A DNA stretch of 64,000 bases. Source: Escherichia coli (lineage in GTDB: Bacteria > Pseudomonadota > Gammaproteobacteria > Enterobacterales > Enterobacteriaceae). Position 1 is the stretch's first letter. Each line of letters begins with the position of its first letter. The DNA is taken from assembly GCF_051903065.1 (NCBI RefSeq), contig NZ_CP178440.1. One strand, given 5' to 3'. The notes under the pieces were generated by a model. The model was given only the letters and a program-made list of their open reading frames with translations. It had not been told where the DNA came from and did no database searches. The position numbers and the translations under genes are program-made. Shown piece by piece: positions 54,342 through 64,000 of the stretch.

Positions 54342-57300
54342 TGATGAGTATCGCGCAGGTCAGATCGGCCGGAAGTGCCGGTAACTATTATACCGACAAG
54401 GATAATTACTATGTGCTGGGCAGCATGGGAGAACGCTGGGCCGGCAGGGGGGCTGAACAGCTGGGACTGCAGGGCAGTGTCGATAAGGATGTTTTTACCC
54501 GTCTTCTGGAGGGAAGGCTGCCGGACGGAGCGGATCTAAGCCGCATGCAGGATGGCAGTAACAGGCATCGTCCCGGCTACGACCTGACCTTCTCCGCCCC
54601 CAAAAGTGTCTCCATGATGGCCATGTTAGGTGGCGATAAGCGCCTGATTGATGCACATAACCAGGCCGTGGACTTTGCTGTTCGTCAGGTGGAGGCGCTG
54701 GCCTCCACACGGGTGATGACGGACGGACAGTCAGAAACGGTGCTGACCGGTAATCTGGTGATGGCACTGTTTAACCACGACACTAGTCGCGATCAGGAAC
54801 CACAGTTACACACGCATGCGGTGGTGGCTAATGTCACGCAGCATAACGGTGAGTGGAAGACACTGAGCAGTGACAAAGTGGGGAAAACGGGGTTCATTGA
54901 GAATGTGTACGCTAATCAGATTGCCTTTGGCAGGCTCTATCGGGAAAAACTGAAAGAGCAGGTTGAGGCGCTGGGCTATGAAACCGAAGTGGTGGGTAAG
55001 CACGGTATGTGGGAGATGCCGGGCGTACCGGTGGAGGCCTTTTCCGGACGCTCACAGGCTATCCGAGAGGCCGTCGGGGAAGATGCCTCGCTAAAATCCC
55101 GGGATGTGGCGGCACTGGATACGCGAAAATCCAAACAGCACGTCGATCCTGAAGTCAGAATGGCTGAATGGATGCAGACGCTGAAGGAAACCGGGTTCGA
55201 CATCCGGGCATATCGTGACGCGGCGGATCAGCGTGCGGAGACCCGCACGCAGGCGCCCGGGGCTGTTTCACAGGAGGGGCCGGATGTGCAGCAGGCGGTG
55301 ACACAGGCGATTGCCGGATTAAGTGAACGAAAAGTGCAGTTTACGTACACGGACGTGCTGGCCAGAACAGTCGGCATACTGCCGCCGGAAAATGGTGTGA
55401 TTGAACGGGCACGCGCCGGTATCGATGAGACCATCAGCCGTGAGCAACTCATCCCCCTTGACCGTGAGAAGGGGCTGTTCACGTCCGGGATTCATGTGCT
55501 CGATGAACTGTCAGTCCGGGCACTCAGTCGCGATATCATGAAACAGAACCGGGTGACCGTACATCCGGAGAAAAGTGTCCCCCGGACGGCCGGCTACAGT
55601 GATGCCGTCAGTGTTCTGGCACAGGACCGTCCGTCGCTGGCCATTGTGTCCGGGCAGGGCGGTGCAGCCGGGCAGCGTGAGCGGGTGGCTGAACTGGTCA
55701 TGATGGCCCGGGAGCAGGGGCGGGAGGTGCAGATTATCGCTGCTGACCGTCGCTCGCAGATGAACCTGAAGCAGGATGAACGGCTGTCCGGTGAGCTGAT
55801 AACCGGACGTCGTCAGCTGCCGGAAGGCATGGCCTTCACGCCGGGCAGTACTGTTATCGTTGACCAGGGCGAAAAACTCTCCCTGAAAGAGACGTTAACC
55901 CTGCTAGACGGTGCCGCACGTCATAACGTACAGGTCCTGATAACCGACAGCGGGCAGCGAACCGGTACAGGCAGTGCGCTGATGGCCATGAAGGATGCCG
56001 GGGTTAACATATATCGCTGGCAGGGCGGAGAGCAACGACCGGCAACCATCATCAGTGAACCGGACCGTAATGTCCGCTATGCCCGGCTGGCCGGGGACTT
56101 TGCGGCCAGCGTGAAAGCCGGAGAAGAGAGCGTGGCACAGGTCAGCGGGGTACGGGAACAGGCCATACTGACACAGGCCATTCGCAGTGAGCTGAAAACA
56201 CAGGGCGTGCTCGGACACCCGGAGGTAACCATGACCGCCCTGTCACCGGTCTGGCTGGACAGCCGGAGCCGTTATCTGCGGGATATGTACCGCCCGGGAA
56301 TGGTGATGGAGCAGTGGAACCCGGAGACACGCAGTCATGACCGCTATGTTATCGACCGGGTGACGGCGCAGAGTCACAGCCTGACCCTGCGGGATGTGCA
56401 GGGCGAAACGCAGGTGGTGCGTATTTCCTCCCTGGACAGCAGCTGGTCGCTGTTCCGGCCGGAAAAAATGCCGGTGGCAGACGGCGAGCGACTGAGGGTG
56501 ACCGGGAAAATTCCCGGACTCCGAGTCTCCGGCGGTGACCGCCTGCAGGTGGCATCCGTCAGTGAAGATGTGATGACGGTTGTTGTGCCGGGGCGGGCTG
56601 AACCGGCCTCCCTGCCTGTGAGCGATTCACCGTTCACGGCACTGAAGCTGGAGAATGGCTGGGTGGAAACGCCCGGGCATTCCGTCAGCGACAGTGCGAA
56701 GGTTTTTGCCTCCGTCACACAGATGGCAATGGACAAGGCCACCCTGAACGGTCTGGCCCGCAGCGGTCGTGATGTCCGGCTGTATTCCTCACTGGATGAA
56801 ACCCGTACTGCGGAAAAACTTGCCCGCCATCCGTCCTTTACGGTGGTTTCTGAGCAGATAAAGGCGCGGGCCGGTGAGACATCGCTGGAAACGGCTATCA
56901 GTCATCAGAAGTCCGCACTTAACACGCCGGCACAGCAGGCCATTCATCTTGCCCTTCCGGTGGTGGAAAGTAAAAACCTGGCCTTCAGCCATGTGGACCT
57001 GCTGACAGAGGCAAAGTCGTTTGCTGCAGAAGGAACCAGTTTTGCTGACCTGGGGCGGGAAATCGATGCGCAGATAAAACGGGGCGATTTACTGCATGTG
57101 GATGTGGCAAAAGGTTATGGCACAGACCTGCTGGTTTCCCGTGCGTCGTATGAGGCTGAAAAAAGCATTCTTCGCCATATTCTCGAAGGTAAGGAGGCGG
57201 TCACGCCGCTGATGGAGAGAGTACCTGGCGAACTCATGGAGAAACTGACATCAGGACAGCGCGCCGCCACCCGCATGATACTGGAAACGCCCGACCGTTT

Positions 57301-59611
57301 CACGGTGGTGCAGGGCTATGCCGGTGTGGGTAAGACCACACAGTTCCGGGCGGTGATGTCAGCCGTGAACATGCTGCCGGAGAGTGAGCGTCCCCGTGTC
57401 GTTGGGCTGGGCCCCACGCACCGTGCGGTCGGGGAGATGCGCAGCGCCGGCGTGGATGCACAGACACTGGCGTCCTTTCTGCATGACACGCAACTGCAGC
57501 AGCGCAGCGGAGAAACGCCGGATTTCAGCAACACGCTGTTCCTGCTCGATGAGAGCTCAATGGTGGGCAATACCGACATGGCACGGGCATACGCCCTGAT
57601 TGCGGCCGGTGGTGGTCGTGCCGTGGCCAGCGGTGACACGGACCAGCTGCAGGCCATCGCGCCCGGTCAGCCTTTCCGTCTCCAGCAGACGCGCAGTGCT
57701 GCCGATGTGGCCATCATGAAGGAGATTGTGCGTCAGACGCCGGAACTGCGGGAGGCGGTATACAGCCTGATTAACCGGGATGTGGAAAGGGCACTGTCCG
57801 GGCTTGAGAGTGTGAAACCGTCTCAGGTGCCACGTCAGGAGGGCGCATGGGCACCGGAGCACTCCGTGACGGAGTTCAGTCACAGCCAGGAAGCAAAACT
57901 GGCAGAAGCGCAGCAGAAGGCGATGCTGAAAGGCGAGGCTTTCCCGGATGTCCCCATGACACTGTATGAAGCCATTGTCCGCGACTATACCGGCAGGACA
58001 CCGGAAGCACGGGAGCAGACGCTGATTGTCACGCACCTGAATGAGGACCGGCGCGTGCTGAACAGCATGATTCATGATGCACGGGAAAAGGCCGGTGAGC
58101 TGGGAAAAGAGCAGGTCATGGTGCCTGTCCTGAACACAGCGAATATACGTGACGGAGAACTGCGTCGTCTTTCCACCTGGGAGACACATCGGGACGCACT
58201 TGCCCTGGTGGATAATGTGTATCACCGGATTGCCGGTATCAGCAGGGATGACGGGCTGATAACCCTGCAGGATGCGGAAGGTAACACGCGGCTGATTTCG
58301 CCCCGGGAGGCGGTGGCTGAAGGTGTCACACTGTACACCCCGGACAAAATCCGGGTGGGGACCGGTGACCGGATGCGCTTCACGAAGAGTGACCGGGAGC
58401 GTGGTTATGTGGCCAACAGCGTCTGGACGGTGACAGCGGTATCCGGTGACAGTGTCACGCTGTCGGACGGACAGCAGACCCGGGTGATTCGCCCCGCCCA
58501 GGAGCAGGCAGAGCAACATATTGACCTGGCCTATGCCATCACCGCCCACGGTGCGCAGGGTGCGAGTGAAACCTTTGCCATTGCGCTTGAAGGCACGGAA
58601 GGTAACCGGAAACTGATGGCCGGCTTTGAGTCAGCCTACGTGGCCCTGTCGCGTATGAAGCAGCATGTGCAGGTGTACACCGATAACCGTCAGGGCTGGA
58701 CGGATGCCATTAACAATGCCGTACAGAAAGGAACTGCCCACGATGTGCTGGAGCCGAAACCGGACCGGGAGGTCATGAATGCAGAGCGGCTGTTCAGTAC
58801 GGCGCGGGAGCTGCGGGACGTGGCGGCAGGGCGTGCCGTTCTTCGTCAGGCGGGGCTTGCCGGGGGAGACAGTCCTGCACGGTTTATTGCACCGGGGCGT
58901 AAATATCCACAGCCGTATGTGGCACTGCCGGCGTTTGACCGTAACGGCAAATCAGCCGGTATCTGGCTGAACCCGCTGACCTCGGATGATGGAAACGGGC
59001 TGCGGGGATTCAGTGGTGAAGGCCGTGTGAAAGGCAGCGGGGATGCGCAGTTCGTGGCCCTGCAGGGCAGCCGTAACGGAGAAAGCCTGCTGGCTGATAA
59101 TATGCAGGATGGTGTCCGGATTGCCCGTGATAATCCTGACAGTGGTGTGGTGGTAAGAATCGCCGGTGAAGGCCGTCCGTGGAATCCCGGTGCCATCACC
59201 GGTGGCCGCGTGTGGGGGGATATCCCGGACAACAGCGTCCAGCCGGGAGCCGGAAATGGCGAGCCGGTCACGGCAGAGGTACTGGCACAGCGGCAGGCTG
59301 AAGAGGCCATCCGCCGTGAAACGGAACGCCGTGCGGATGAAATTGTCCGTAAAATGGCAGAGAACAAACCTGACCTGCCGGATGGCAAAACAGAGCAGGC
59401 TGTCAGGGAGATTGCCGGGCAGGTGCGTGAGCGGGCTGCCATAACTGAACGGGAAACTGCGCTGCCGGAGAGTGTGCTGCGTGAACCACAACGGGAGCGG
59501 GAAGCGGTCCGGGAGGTTGCCCGGGAAAATCTGCTGCAGGAGCGTCTGCAGCAGATGGAGCGGGATATGGTCCGTGACCTGCAGAAAGAGAAAACCCTGG
59601 GCGGAGACTGA
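54341..59611 (+). CDS. traI: TraI relaxase-helicase
   Basis: 1756-aa ORF; start overlaps traD stop. Confidence 0.95.
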   Translation: MMSIAQVRSAGSAGNYYTDKDNYYVLGSMGERWAGRGAEQLGLQGSVDKDVFTRLLEGRLPDGADLSRMQDGSNRHRPGYDLTFSAPKSVSMMAMLGGDKRLIDAHNQAVDFAVRQVEALASTRVMTDGQSETVLTGNLVMALFNHDTSRDQEPQLHTHAVVANVTQHNGEWKTLSSDKVGKTGFIENVYANQIAFGRLYREKLKEQVEALGYETEVVGKHGMWEMPGVPVEAFSGRSQAIREAVGEDASLKSRDVAALDTRKSKQHVDPEVRMAEWMQTLKETGFDIRAYRDAADQRAETRTQAPGAVSQEGPDVQQAVTQAIAGLSERKVQFTYTDVLARTVGILPPENGVIERARAGIDETISREQLIPLDREKGLFTSGIHVLDELSVRALSRDIMKQNRVTVHPEKSVPRTAGYSDAVSVLAQDRPSLAIVSGQGGAAGQRERVAELVMMAREQGREVQIIAADRRSQMNLKQDERLSGELITGRRQLPEGMAFTPGSTVIVDQGEKLSLKETLTLLDGAARHNVQVLITDSGQRTGTGSALMAMKDAGVNIYRWQGGEQRPATIISEPDRNVRYARLAGDFAASVKAGEESVAQVSGVREQAILTQAIRSELKTQGVLGHPEVTMTALSPVWLDSRSRYLRDMYRPGMVMEQWNPETRSHDRYVIDRVTAQSHSLTLRDVQGETQVVRISSLDSSWSLFRPEKMPVADGERLRVTGKIPGLRVSGGDRLQVASVSEDVMTVVVPGRAEPASLPVSDSPFTALKLENGWVETPGHSVSDSAKVFASVTQMAMDKATLNGLARSGRDVRLYSSLDETRTAEKLARHPSFTVVSEQIKARAGETSLETAISHQKSALNTPAQQAIHLALPVVESKNLAFSHVDLLTEAKSFAAEGTSFADLGREIDAQIKRGDLLHVDVAKGYGTDLLVSRASYEAEKSILRHILEGKEAVTPLMERVPGELMEKLTSGQRAATRMILETPDRFTVVQGYAGVGKTTQFRAVMSAVNMLPESERPRVVGLGPTHRAVGEMRSAGVDAQTLASFLHDTQLQQRSGETPDFSNTLFLLDESSMVGNTDMARAYALIAAGGGRAVASGDTDQLQAIAPGQPFRLQQTRSAADVAIMKEIVRQTPELREAVYSLINRDVERALSGLESVKPSQVPRQEGAWAPEHSVTEFSHSQEAKLAEAQQKAMLKGEAFPDVPMTLYEAIVRDYTGRTPEAREQTLIVTHLNEDRRVLNSMIHDAREKAGELGKEQVMVPVLNTANIRDGELRRLSTWETHRDALALVDNVYHRIAGISRDDGLITLQDAEGNTRLISPREAVAEGVTLYTPDKIRVGTGDRMRFTKSDRERGYVANSVWTVTAVSGDSVTLSDGQQTRVIRPAQEQAEQHIDLAYAITAHGAQGASETFAIALEGTEGNRKLMAGFESAYVALSRMKQHVQVYTDNRQGWTDAINNAVQKGTAHDVLEPKPDREVMNAERLFSTARELRDVAAGRAVLRQAGLAGGDSPARFIAPGRKYPQPYVALPAFDRNGKSAGIWLNPLTSDDGNGLRGFSGEGRVKGSGDAQFVALQGSRNGESLLADNMQDGVRIARDNPDSGVVVRIAGEGRPWNPGAITGGRVWGDIPDNSVQPGAGNGEPVTAEVLAQRQAEEAIRRETERRADEIVRKMAENKPDLPDGKTEQAVREIAGQVRERAAITERETALPESVLREPQREREAVREVARENLLQERLQQMERDMVRDLQKEKTLGGD

Positions 59612-59630
59612 TACAGGAAGGCAAACGCTG

Positions 59631-60377
59631 ATGACAACGGATAACACGAACACGACACGTAACGATTCACTGGCTGCCCGGACCGATACCTGGTTGCAGT
59701 CGTTGCTGGTCTGGTCACCCGGACAGCGGGATATCATCAAAACGGTGGCACTGGTGCTGATGGTACTGGACCACATCAATCTGATATTCCAGCTGAAGCA
59801 GGAATGGATGTTTCTGGCCGGGCGTGGAGCCTTTCCGCTGTTTGCCCTGGTGTGGGGGCTGAATCTGTCCCGTCATGCGCATATCCGGCAACCGGCCATT
59901 AACCGGCTGTGGGGATGGGGGATTATTGCCCAGTTCGCATATTATCTGGCAGGCTTTCCCTGGTATGAGGGGAATATCCTGTTTGCCTTTGCAGTGGCGG
60001 CACAGGTGCTGACGTGGTGTGAAACGCGCAGTGGGTGGCGTACAGCAGCGGCCATTCTTCTGATGGCGCTGTGGGGGCCTTTGTCCGGCACCAGTTACGG
60101 CATTGCCGGGCTGCTGATGCTGGCAGTCAGCCACCGGCTGTACCGGGCGGAAGACAGAGCGGAACGTCTGGCGCTGGTCGCCTGCCTGCTGGCTGTTATT
60201 CCGGCGCTTAACCTTGCCACCAGTGATGCAGCGGCGGTGGCCGGTCTTGTGATGACGGTGCTGACCGTTGGTCTGGTGTCGTGTGCAGGAAAATCATTAC
60301 CCCGTTTCTGGCCCGGGGATTTTTTCCCGGTATTCTACGCCTGTCATCTGGCTGTGCTGGGCGTTCTGGCGCTGTGA
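59631..60377 (+). CDS. traX: TraX pilin N-acetylase (membrane protein)
   Basis: 248 aa from ATG 59631; ORF-track version over-extended. Confidence 0.85.
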   Translation: MTTDNTNTTRNDSLAARTDTWLQSLLVWSPGQRDIIKTVALVLMVLDHINLIFQLKQEWMFLAGRGAFPLFALVWGLNLSRHAHIRQPAINRLWGWGIIAQFAYYLAGFPWYEGNILFAFAVAAQVLTWCETRSGWRTAAAILLMALWGPLSGTSYGIAGLLMLAVSHRLYRAEDRAERLALVACLLAVIPALNLATSDAAAVAGLVMTVLTVGLVSCAGKSLPRFWPGDFFPVFYACHLAVLGVLAL

Positions 60378-60431
60378 CGGGTGTGGTATCTTTGACCGCA
60401 AGAGGATGATTCGTCAGAGGCAGAACACAGC

Positions 60432-60992
60432 ATGACAGAGCAGAAGCGACCGGTACTGACACTGAAGCGGAAAACGGAAGGGGAGACGCCTGTCCGCAGG
60501 CGGAAAACCATCATCAATGTCACCACGCCACCAAAGTGGAAGGTGAAAAAGCAGAAGCTGGCCGAGAAAGCAGCCCGGGAAGCAGAGCTGGCGGCAAAAA
60601 AAGCGCAGGCCAGACAGGCACTGTCCATTTATCTGAATCTGCCCACGCTGGATGAGGCCGTGAATACCCTGAAACCCTGGTGGCCGGGATTGTTTGACGG
60701 TGACACGCCCCGGCTTCTGGCCTGCGGTATCCGGGACGTGTTACTGGAAGACGTGGCGCAGCGGAATATCCCGCTCTCGCATAAAAAACTGCGCAGGGCG
60801 CTGAAGGCCATCACCCGTTCAGAAAGCTATCTGTGTGCCATGAAAGCCGGTGCCTGCCGGTATGACACGGAAGGGTATGTGACGGAGCATATTTCTCAGG
60901 AGGAGGAAGCGTATGCGGCAGCGCGTCTGGATAAAATCCGCCGCCAGAACCGGATAAAGGCAGAACTTCAGGCCGTGCTTGATGAGAAATAA
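60432..60992 (+). CDS. finO: FinO fertility inhibition RNA chaperone
   Basis: 186-aa basic ORF after traX. Confidence 0.9.
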   Translation: MTEQKRPVLTLKRKTEGETPVRRRKTIINVTTPPKWKVKKQKLAEKAAREAELAAKKAQARQALSIYLNLPTLDEAVNTLKPWWPGLFDGDTPRLLACGIRDVLLEDVAQRNIPLSHKKLRRALKAITRSESYLCAMKAGACRYDTEGYVTEHISQEEEAYAAARLDKIRRQNRIKAELQAVLDEK

Positions 60993-61123
60993 AAAAAAGC
61001 CTCCATCAGAGAGGAGGCAGGGAAATAAGGCTTAAAAGGAAATAACTTCCGTACCCGAAAGGAAGCCAATTCAGTAGATTATTTAACACCATAATACTGA
61101 CGGGTTAAAGAGGAGTGATAAAG

Positions 61124-61324
61124 ATGAATGGATTCAGAAACAGTTCACGGAACGGTCAGGTCTGGCGCTGGCAGCGTGCCGGAAGCCGTGCCGTCAGCCT
61201 GGAGGTCAGGGGATTCCGGAAGGAGGCCGCTGAAGCGTGGCTCCTGGCTGCCCGTGTTGCTCCCCGTACAGACTGGCAGCAGTTTGCACGGCAGAGAGCC
61301 GAACGCTGTCAGCGACGGAGATAA
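61124..61324 (+). CDS. Hypothetical small basic protein
   Basis: ORF with RBS aagaggag. Confidence 0.35.
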   Translation: MNGFRNSSRNGQVWRWQRAGSRAVSLEVRGFRKEAAEAWLLAARVAPRTDWQQFARQRAERCQRRR

Positions 61325-61709
61325 TGAAAAAAAACGGCAAAAAAAAGACTTCCCCTGAGCAAAGGAGGCCAAAAATCATTCATAGCGTATTACTGACATT
61401 GAATGAATGCTCTGTACATCAACCCTGTGAAGCTACCACCGGTTAATGCCGGGAGGTTGCGGGAAGAAAGATAATACACAGTCATTACGTGGTTAATATC
61501 TGTCAGAATGTTTTTTGTGACCATAAACTGTCAGATGGATAAAAAAGACCGTCATGTGACGGTCAGTGTTGTCCTGTCAGGGACAAATGCATTCAGTAAG
61601 GAGAGCAAAATAATAACATCACGTTGCCCGGCTGTTAATATCAGGCGATGTTAAGTGTTATTTATGACTCTTTTATCTGGTTGTGAAGTCTGTTAATCAG
61701 GAAGAGAAA

Positions 61710-62309
61710 ATGGCGACCGGAAAATCAGAGAAGCAACAGGTGATTGCCTTTATCGATTACGAGAACTGCAGTAACCTGACAGAAATTTCCTTAAATATAT
61801 ATACGGAGTTAATTATATTCGCGGGTGCGAAACAGAATAATGTGGCACTGCCAGTAAACGCTTTCCCTGAAGCAGTAAAAATCACACTCCGGCATGTCAG
61901 TGAAGTCTCCCGGAACAATGTTGATTTTCATCTGGTGCTGGAGCTGGGGCAGTGTGTATGCCACTACGGGCCGGAGAAGGAATACCATATTGTTTCCGCT
62001 GACAAGGGATATGACGGTATTGTCCGGACACTGCAGGCGCGCGGGATTCGCTGCCGTCGCGTCTCCCCGGATAAGGCGTCATCAGTAAAGATGGCTGCAC
62101 CCGACATGGATATCGTTATCCGGTGGGCAAACAAAATTCAACAGGCAGCGCGGGAGGTTCGTAATATGCCGGTAACAGAAAAGACATTTAATAATTATTT
62201 AAAATCACAGATGCGCGGTGAATGGCGTGATGTCCTGACCAGAGGTATCCGGGATGAACTGGTCCGTCGCGGGGTAATGAAAATTCAGGGGAATAAAATC
62301 ATCTGGTAA
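61710..62309 (+). CDS. Hypothetical protein with NYN/PIN-like nuclease motif pattern (VIAFIDYENC ... IVSADKGYDGIV)
   Basis: Motif pattern in translation; start chosen at ATG with RBS ggaagag. Confidence 0.5.
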   Translation: MATGKSEKQQVIAFIDYENCSNLTEISLNIYTELIIFAGAKQNNVALPVNAFPEAVKITLRHVSEVSRNNVDFHLVLELGQCVCHYGPEKEYHIVSADKGYDGIVRTLQARGIRCRRVSPDKASSVKMAAPDMDIVIRWANKIQQAAREVRNMPVTEKTFNNYLKSQMRGEWRDVLTRGIRDELVRRGVMKIQGNKIIW

Positions 62310-62370
62310 GACTGCCAGAATAAAATGATATTTATTTTATTTATAAAAACAGAAAGGTCGAAAATCAATA

Positions 62371-62703
62371 ATGGCATTTATTTCCATGACAAGACAGAAA
62401 GCGCCGTACAGATATGCAAGCAAGACCCGGTTATCGATAAGACGAACAGACTCAGGCTCTGCCGGGTGTTATGTGACGGTTGCCGTTCGGGGGAAGCAGG
62501 AATTTATTATTGCTGAACTTGATTCAGAAATCCGGAAAATCAGGCTGAAACTGACGGACTCCTATGAAGAAGGGGTAAGGCTGTCTTCGGGCACGTTTAC
62601 GCTTCCGGCCAGATTCTGCCGGGAAATACTGCCGGACGACGTCAGGAGTATCACCATTATTCTGGAAAAAAGCGACGATGAGTGGTGGTACGGGAGTTAC
62701 TGA
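62371..62703 (+). CDS. Hypothetical protein (110 aa)
   Basis: ORF only. Confidence 0.4.
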   Translation: MAFISMTRQKAPYRYASKTRLSIRRTDSGSAGCYVTVAVRGKQEFIIAELDSEIRKIRLKLTDSYEEGVRLSSGTFTLPARFCREILPDDVRSITIILEKSDDEWWYGSY

Positions 62704-62952
62704 TATGTGGCAGAACTCCGGACACTGACGCCTTCGCGTTGCTCAGTTGTCCAACCCCGGAAACGGGAAAAAGCAAGTTTTCCCCGCTCCCGGCGTTTCT
62801 GCAATAAAAAGCAGGGGCATGGAGGTCGTCGTAACCAGACAGGAATGTGGTATTATCGCGGCGGGTGTCTGAGCCTTTCTGGTTCAGGCAAGACGCAGGT
62901 ACCAGAAATGCGAAGACCCCACTCGTTAATCCATTAACTCGTGAGGTCTGCA

Positions 62953-63012
62953 TGAAGTACTTAGCACTACTGATTGTAGCCTCTTCTTTGCAGAGAGGTC
63001 AAAGTTTATGAC
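62953..63012 (+). CDS. Leader reading frame (19 aa) translationally coupled to the hok-family toxin (mok/pndC-like)
   Basis: ATG 62953, stop overlaps toxin start as ATGA. Confidence 0.4.
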
Positions 63013-63158
63013 GAAATATGCCCTTATCGGGTTGCTCGCCGTGTGTGCCACGGTATTGTGTTTTTCACTGATATTCAGGGAACGGTTATGTGAACTGAAT
63101 ATTCACAGGGGAAATACAGTGGTGCAGGTAACTCTGGCCTACGAAGCACGGAAGTAAG
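63009..63158 (+). CDS. Hok-family toxin, SrnB/PndA type (49 aa)
   Basis: Hand translation MTKYALIGLLAVCATVLCFSLIFRERLCELNIHRGNTVVQVTLAYEARK; not in ORF track (under 60 aa). Confidence 0.75.
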
Positions 63159-63440
63159 CTGCCGGGCGGGGACGGAAGTCCCCGCTTTCCGGAAGTGTGA
63201 GGTATTTCAGGGGCAGACACCCGACATGCCAGAAACAGCCGGTCCCGCCCGGGGCCGGCATCCAGGTTAAGGCATTTCCTGTTTTTCAGTCATTTCATCA
63301 TCAAAATCACATTAAACGGTCGTAATCAGACATGATTTGTGCGCCAACACAGATCATCATCACAACTTTCAAGTCGCTGATTTCAAAAAACTGTAGTATC
63401 CTCTGCGAAACGATCCCTGTTTGAGAATTGAGGAGGCGAG

Positions 63441-63689
63441 ATGTCGCAGACAGAAAATGCAGTGACTTCCTCATCAGGTACAAAGCGAGCATACCGAAAA
63501 GGTAATCCTCTGACGCTTGCAGAACGTCAGCAGGCATCTCTGGCAAGAAAACGTGCCACACATAAAGAACTCAGAGTGTTCATTCCTGCTGCGTTAAAAG
63601 CGCAATTACAGGAGATGTGTGACGCTGAAGGTGTTACTCAGGCTGAGATGATTGCTGAACTGATAAAGCAGAAGAGTGCTTTCAGCTAA
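63441..63689 (+). CDS. copB: CopB (RepA2) transcriptional repressor of the FII replicon
   Basis: 82-aa [27 protein letters not shown]... resembles R1/R100 CopB. Confidence 0.85.
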   Translation: MSQTENAVTSSSGTKRAYRKGNPLTLAERQQASLARKRATHKELRVFIPAALKAQLQEMCDAEGVTQAEMIAELIKQKSAFS

Positions 63690-63933
63690 CTAAAATGTAG
63701 CGACATCACATTCTTGCCTGTTTGTGGTGTGCGTGATAGATTGCTGATCGTTTAAGGAATTTTGTGGCTGGCCACGCCATAAGGTGGCAGGGAACTGGTT
63801 CTGATGTGGATGTACAGGAGCCAGAAAAGCGAAAACCCCGATAATCTTCTTTAACTTTGGCGAGTCAGAAAGATTACCGGGGCTAACAAGAAACTGCATA
63901 GAAGCTGTTGCTCTATGCGGGGAGTATAGTTAT

Positions 63934-64000
63934 ATGCCCGGAAAAGTTCAAGACTTCTTTCTGTGCTCACTCCTTCTGTGCAACATAAGTGCAGGATGGT
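63934..64000 (+). CDS. Start of repA leader peptide (tap), truncated by window end; the antisense CopA RNA region would lie just upstream on the minus strand
   Basis: [22 protein letters not shown] read from ATG 63934. Confidence 0.4.
   Translation, partial: MPGKVQDFFLCSLLLCNISAGW

Noticed and set aside
57557-58549. 330-aa minus-strand ORF inside traI (and similar long antisense ORFs at 58846-59718, 58952-59779, 31346-31975, 38059-38769)
   Set aside because: Antisense to well-supported tra genes with GC-rich codon bias that produces long spurious frames; no RBS or independent support.
61332-61451. 39-aa ORF (MKKNGKKKTSPEQ...) overlapping the stop of the 61124-61324 ORF
   Set aside because: Possible translationally coupled small protein, but no RBS or family support; too speculative.

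Overview
This window reads as about 64 kb of an F-like (IncFII-type) conjugative resistance plasmid from Enterobacterales. All calls rest on reading the sequence and the supplied ORF translations against remembered protein families; no searches or computations were run. Left to right: (1) a blaCTX-M gene (CTX-M-1 group, CTX-M-55-like) with a truncated ISEcp1 promoter end cut by an IS26; (2) an AT-rich orphan segment with a possible AlbA_2-like ORF; (3) the parM/parR (stbAB) partition operon with an upstream parC-like GT-rich repeat region; (4) a roughly 20-kb leading region on the + strand (two orphan methyltransferases, a KlcA/ArdB-type antirestriction gene, ssb, psiB, psiA, hok/mok and many uncharacterised ORFs) punctuated by three copies of a ~610-bp Frpo/ssi-like structured repeat; (5) a 5.15-kb IS26-bounded insertion carrying a ParA/RHH partition pair and a trimeric autotransporter adhesin, which splits a ParB-like leading-region gene; (6) oriT with an F-type nic sequence; (7) a complete F-like transfer operon traM to traX plus finO, with several non-core ORFs inserted; (8) the start of the FII replicon (a second hok-family toxin of srnB/pndA type, copB, and the first codons of the repA leader peptide). 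The most promising place for undescribed biology is the leading region: its repeated ssDNA-promoter-like elements and the uncharacterised ORFs packed between known anti-restriction and anti-SOS genes. Secondary candidates are the AT-rich gene insertions inside the tra operon and the orphan segment beside IS26.
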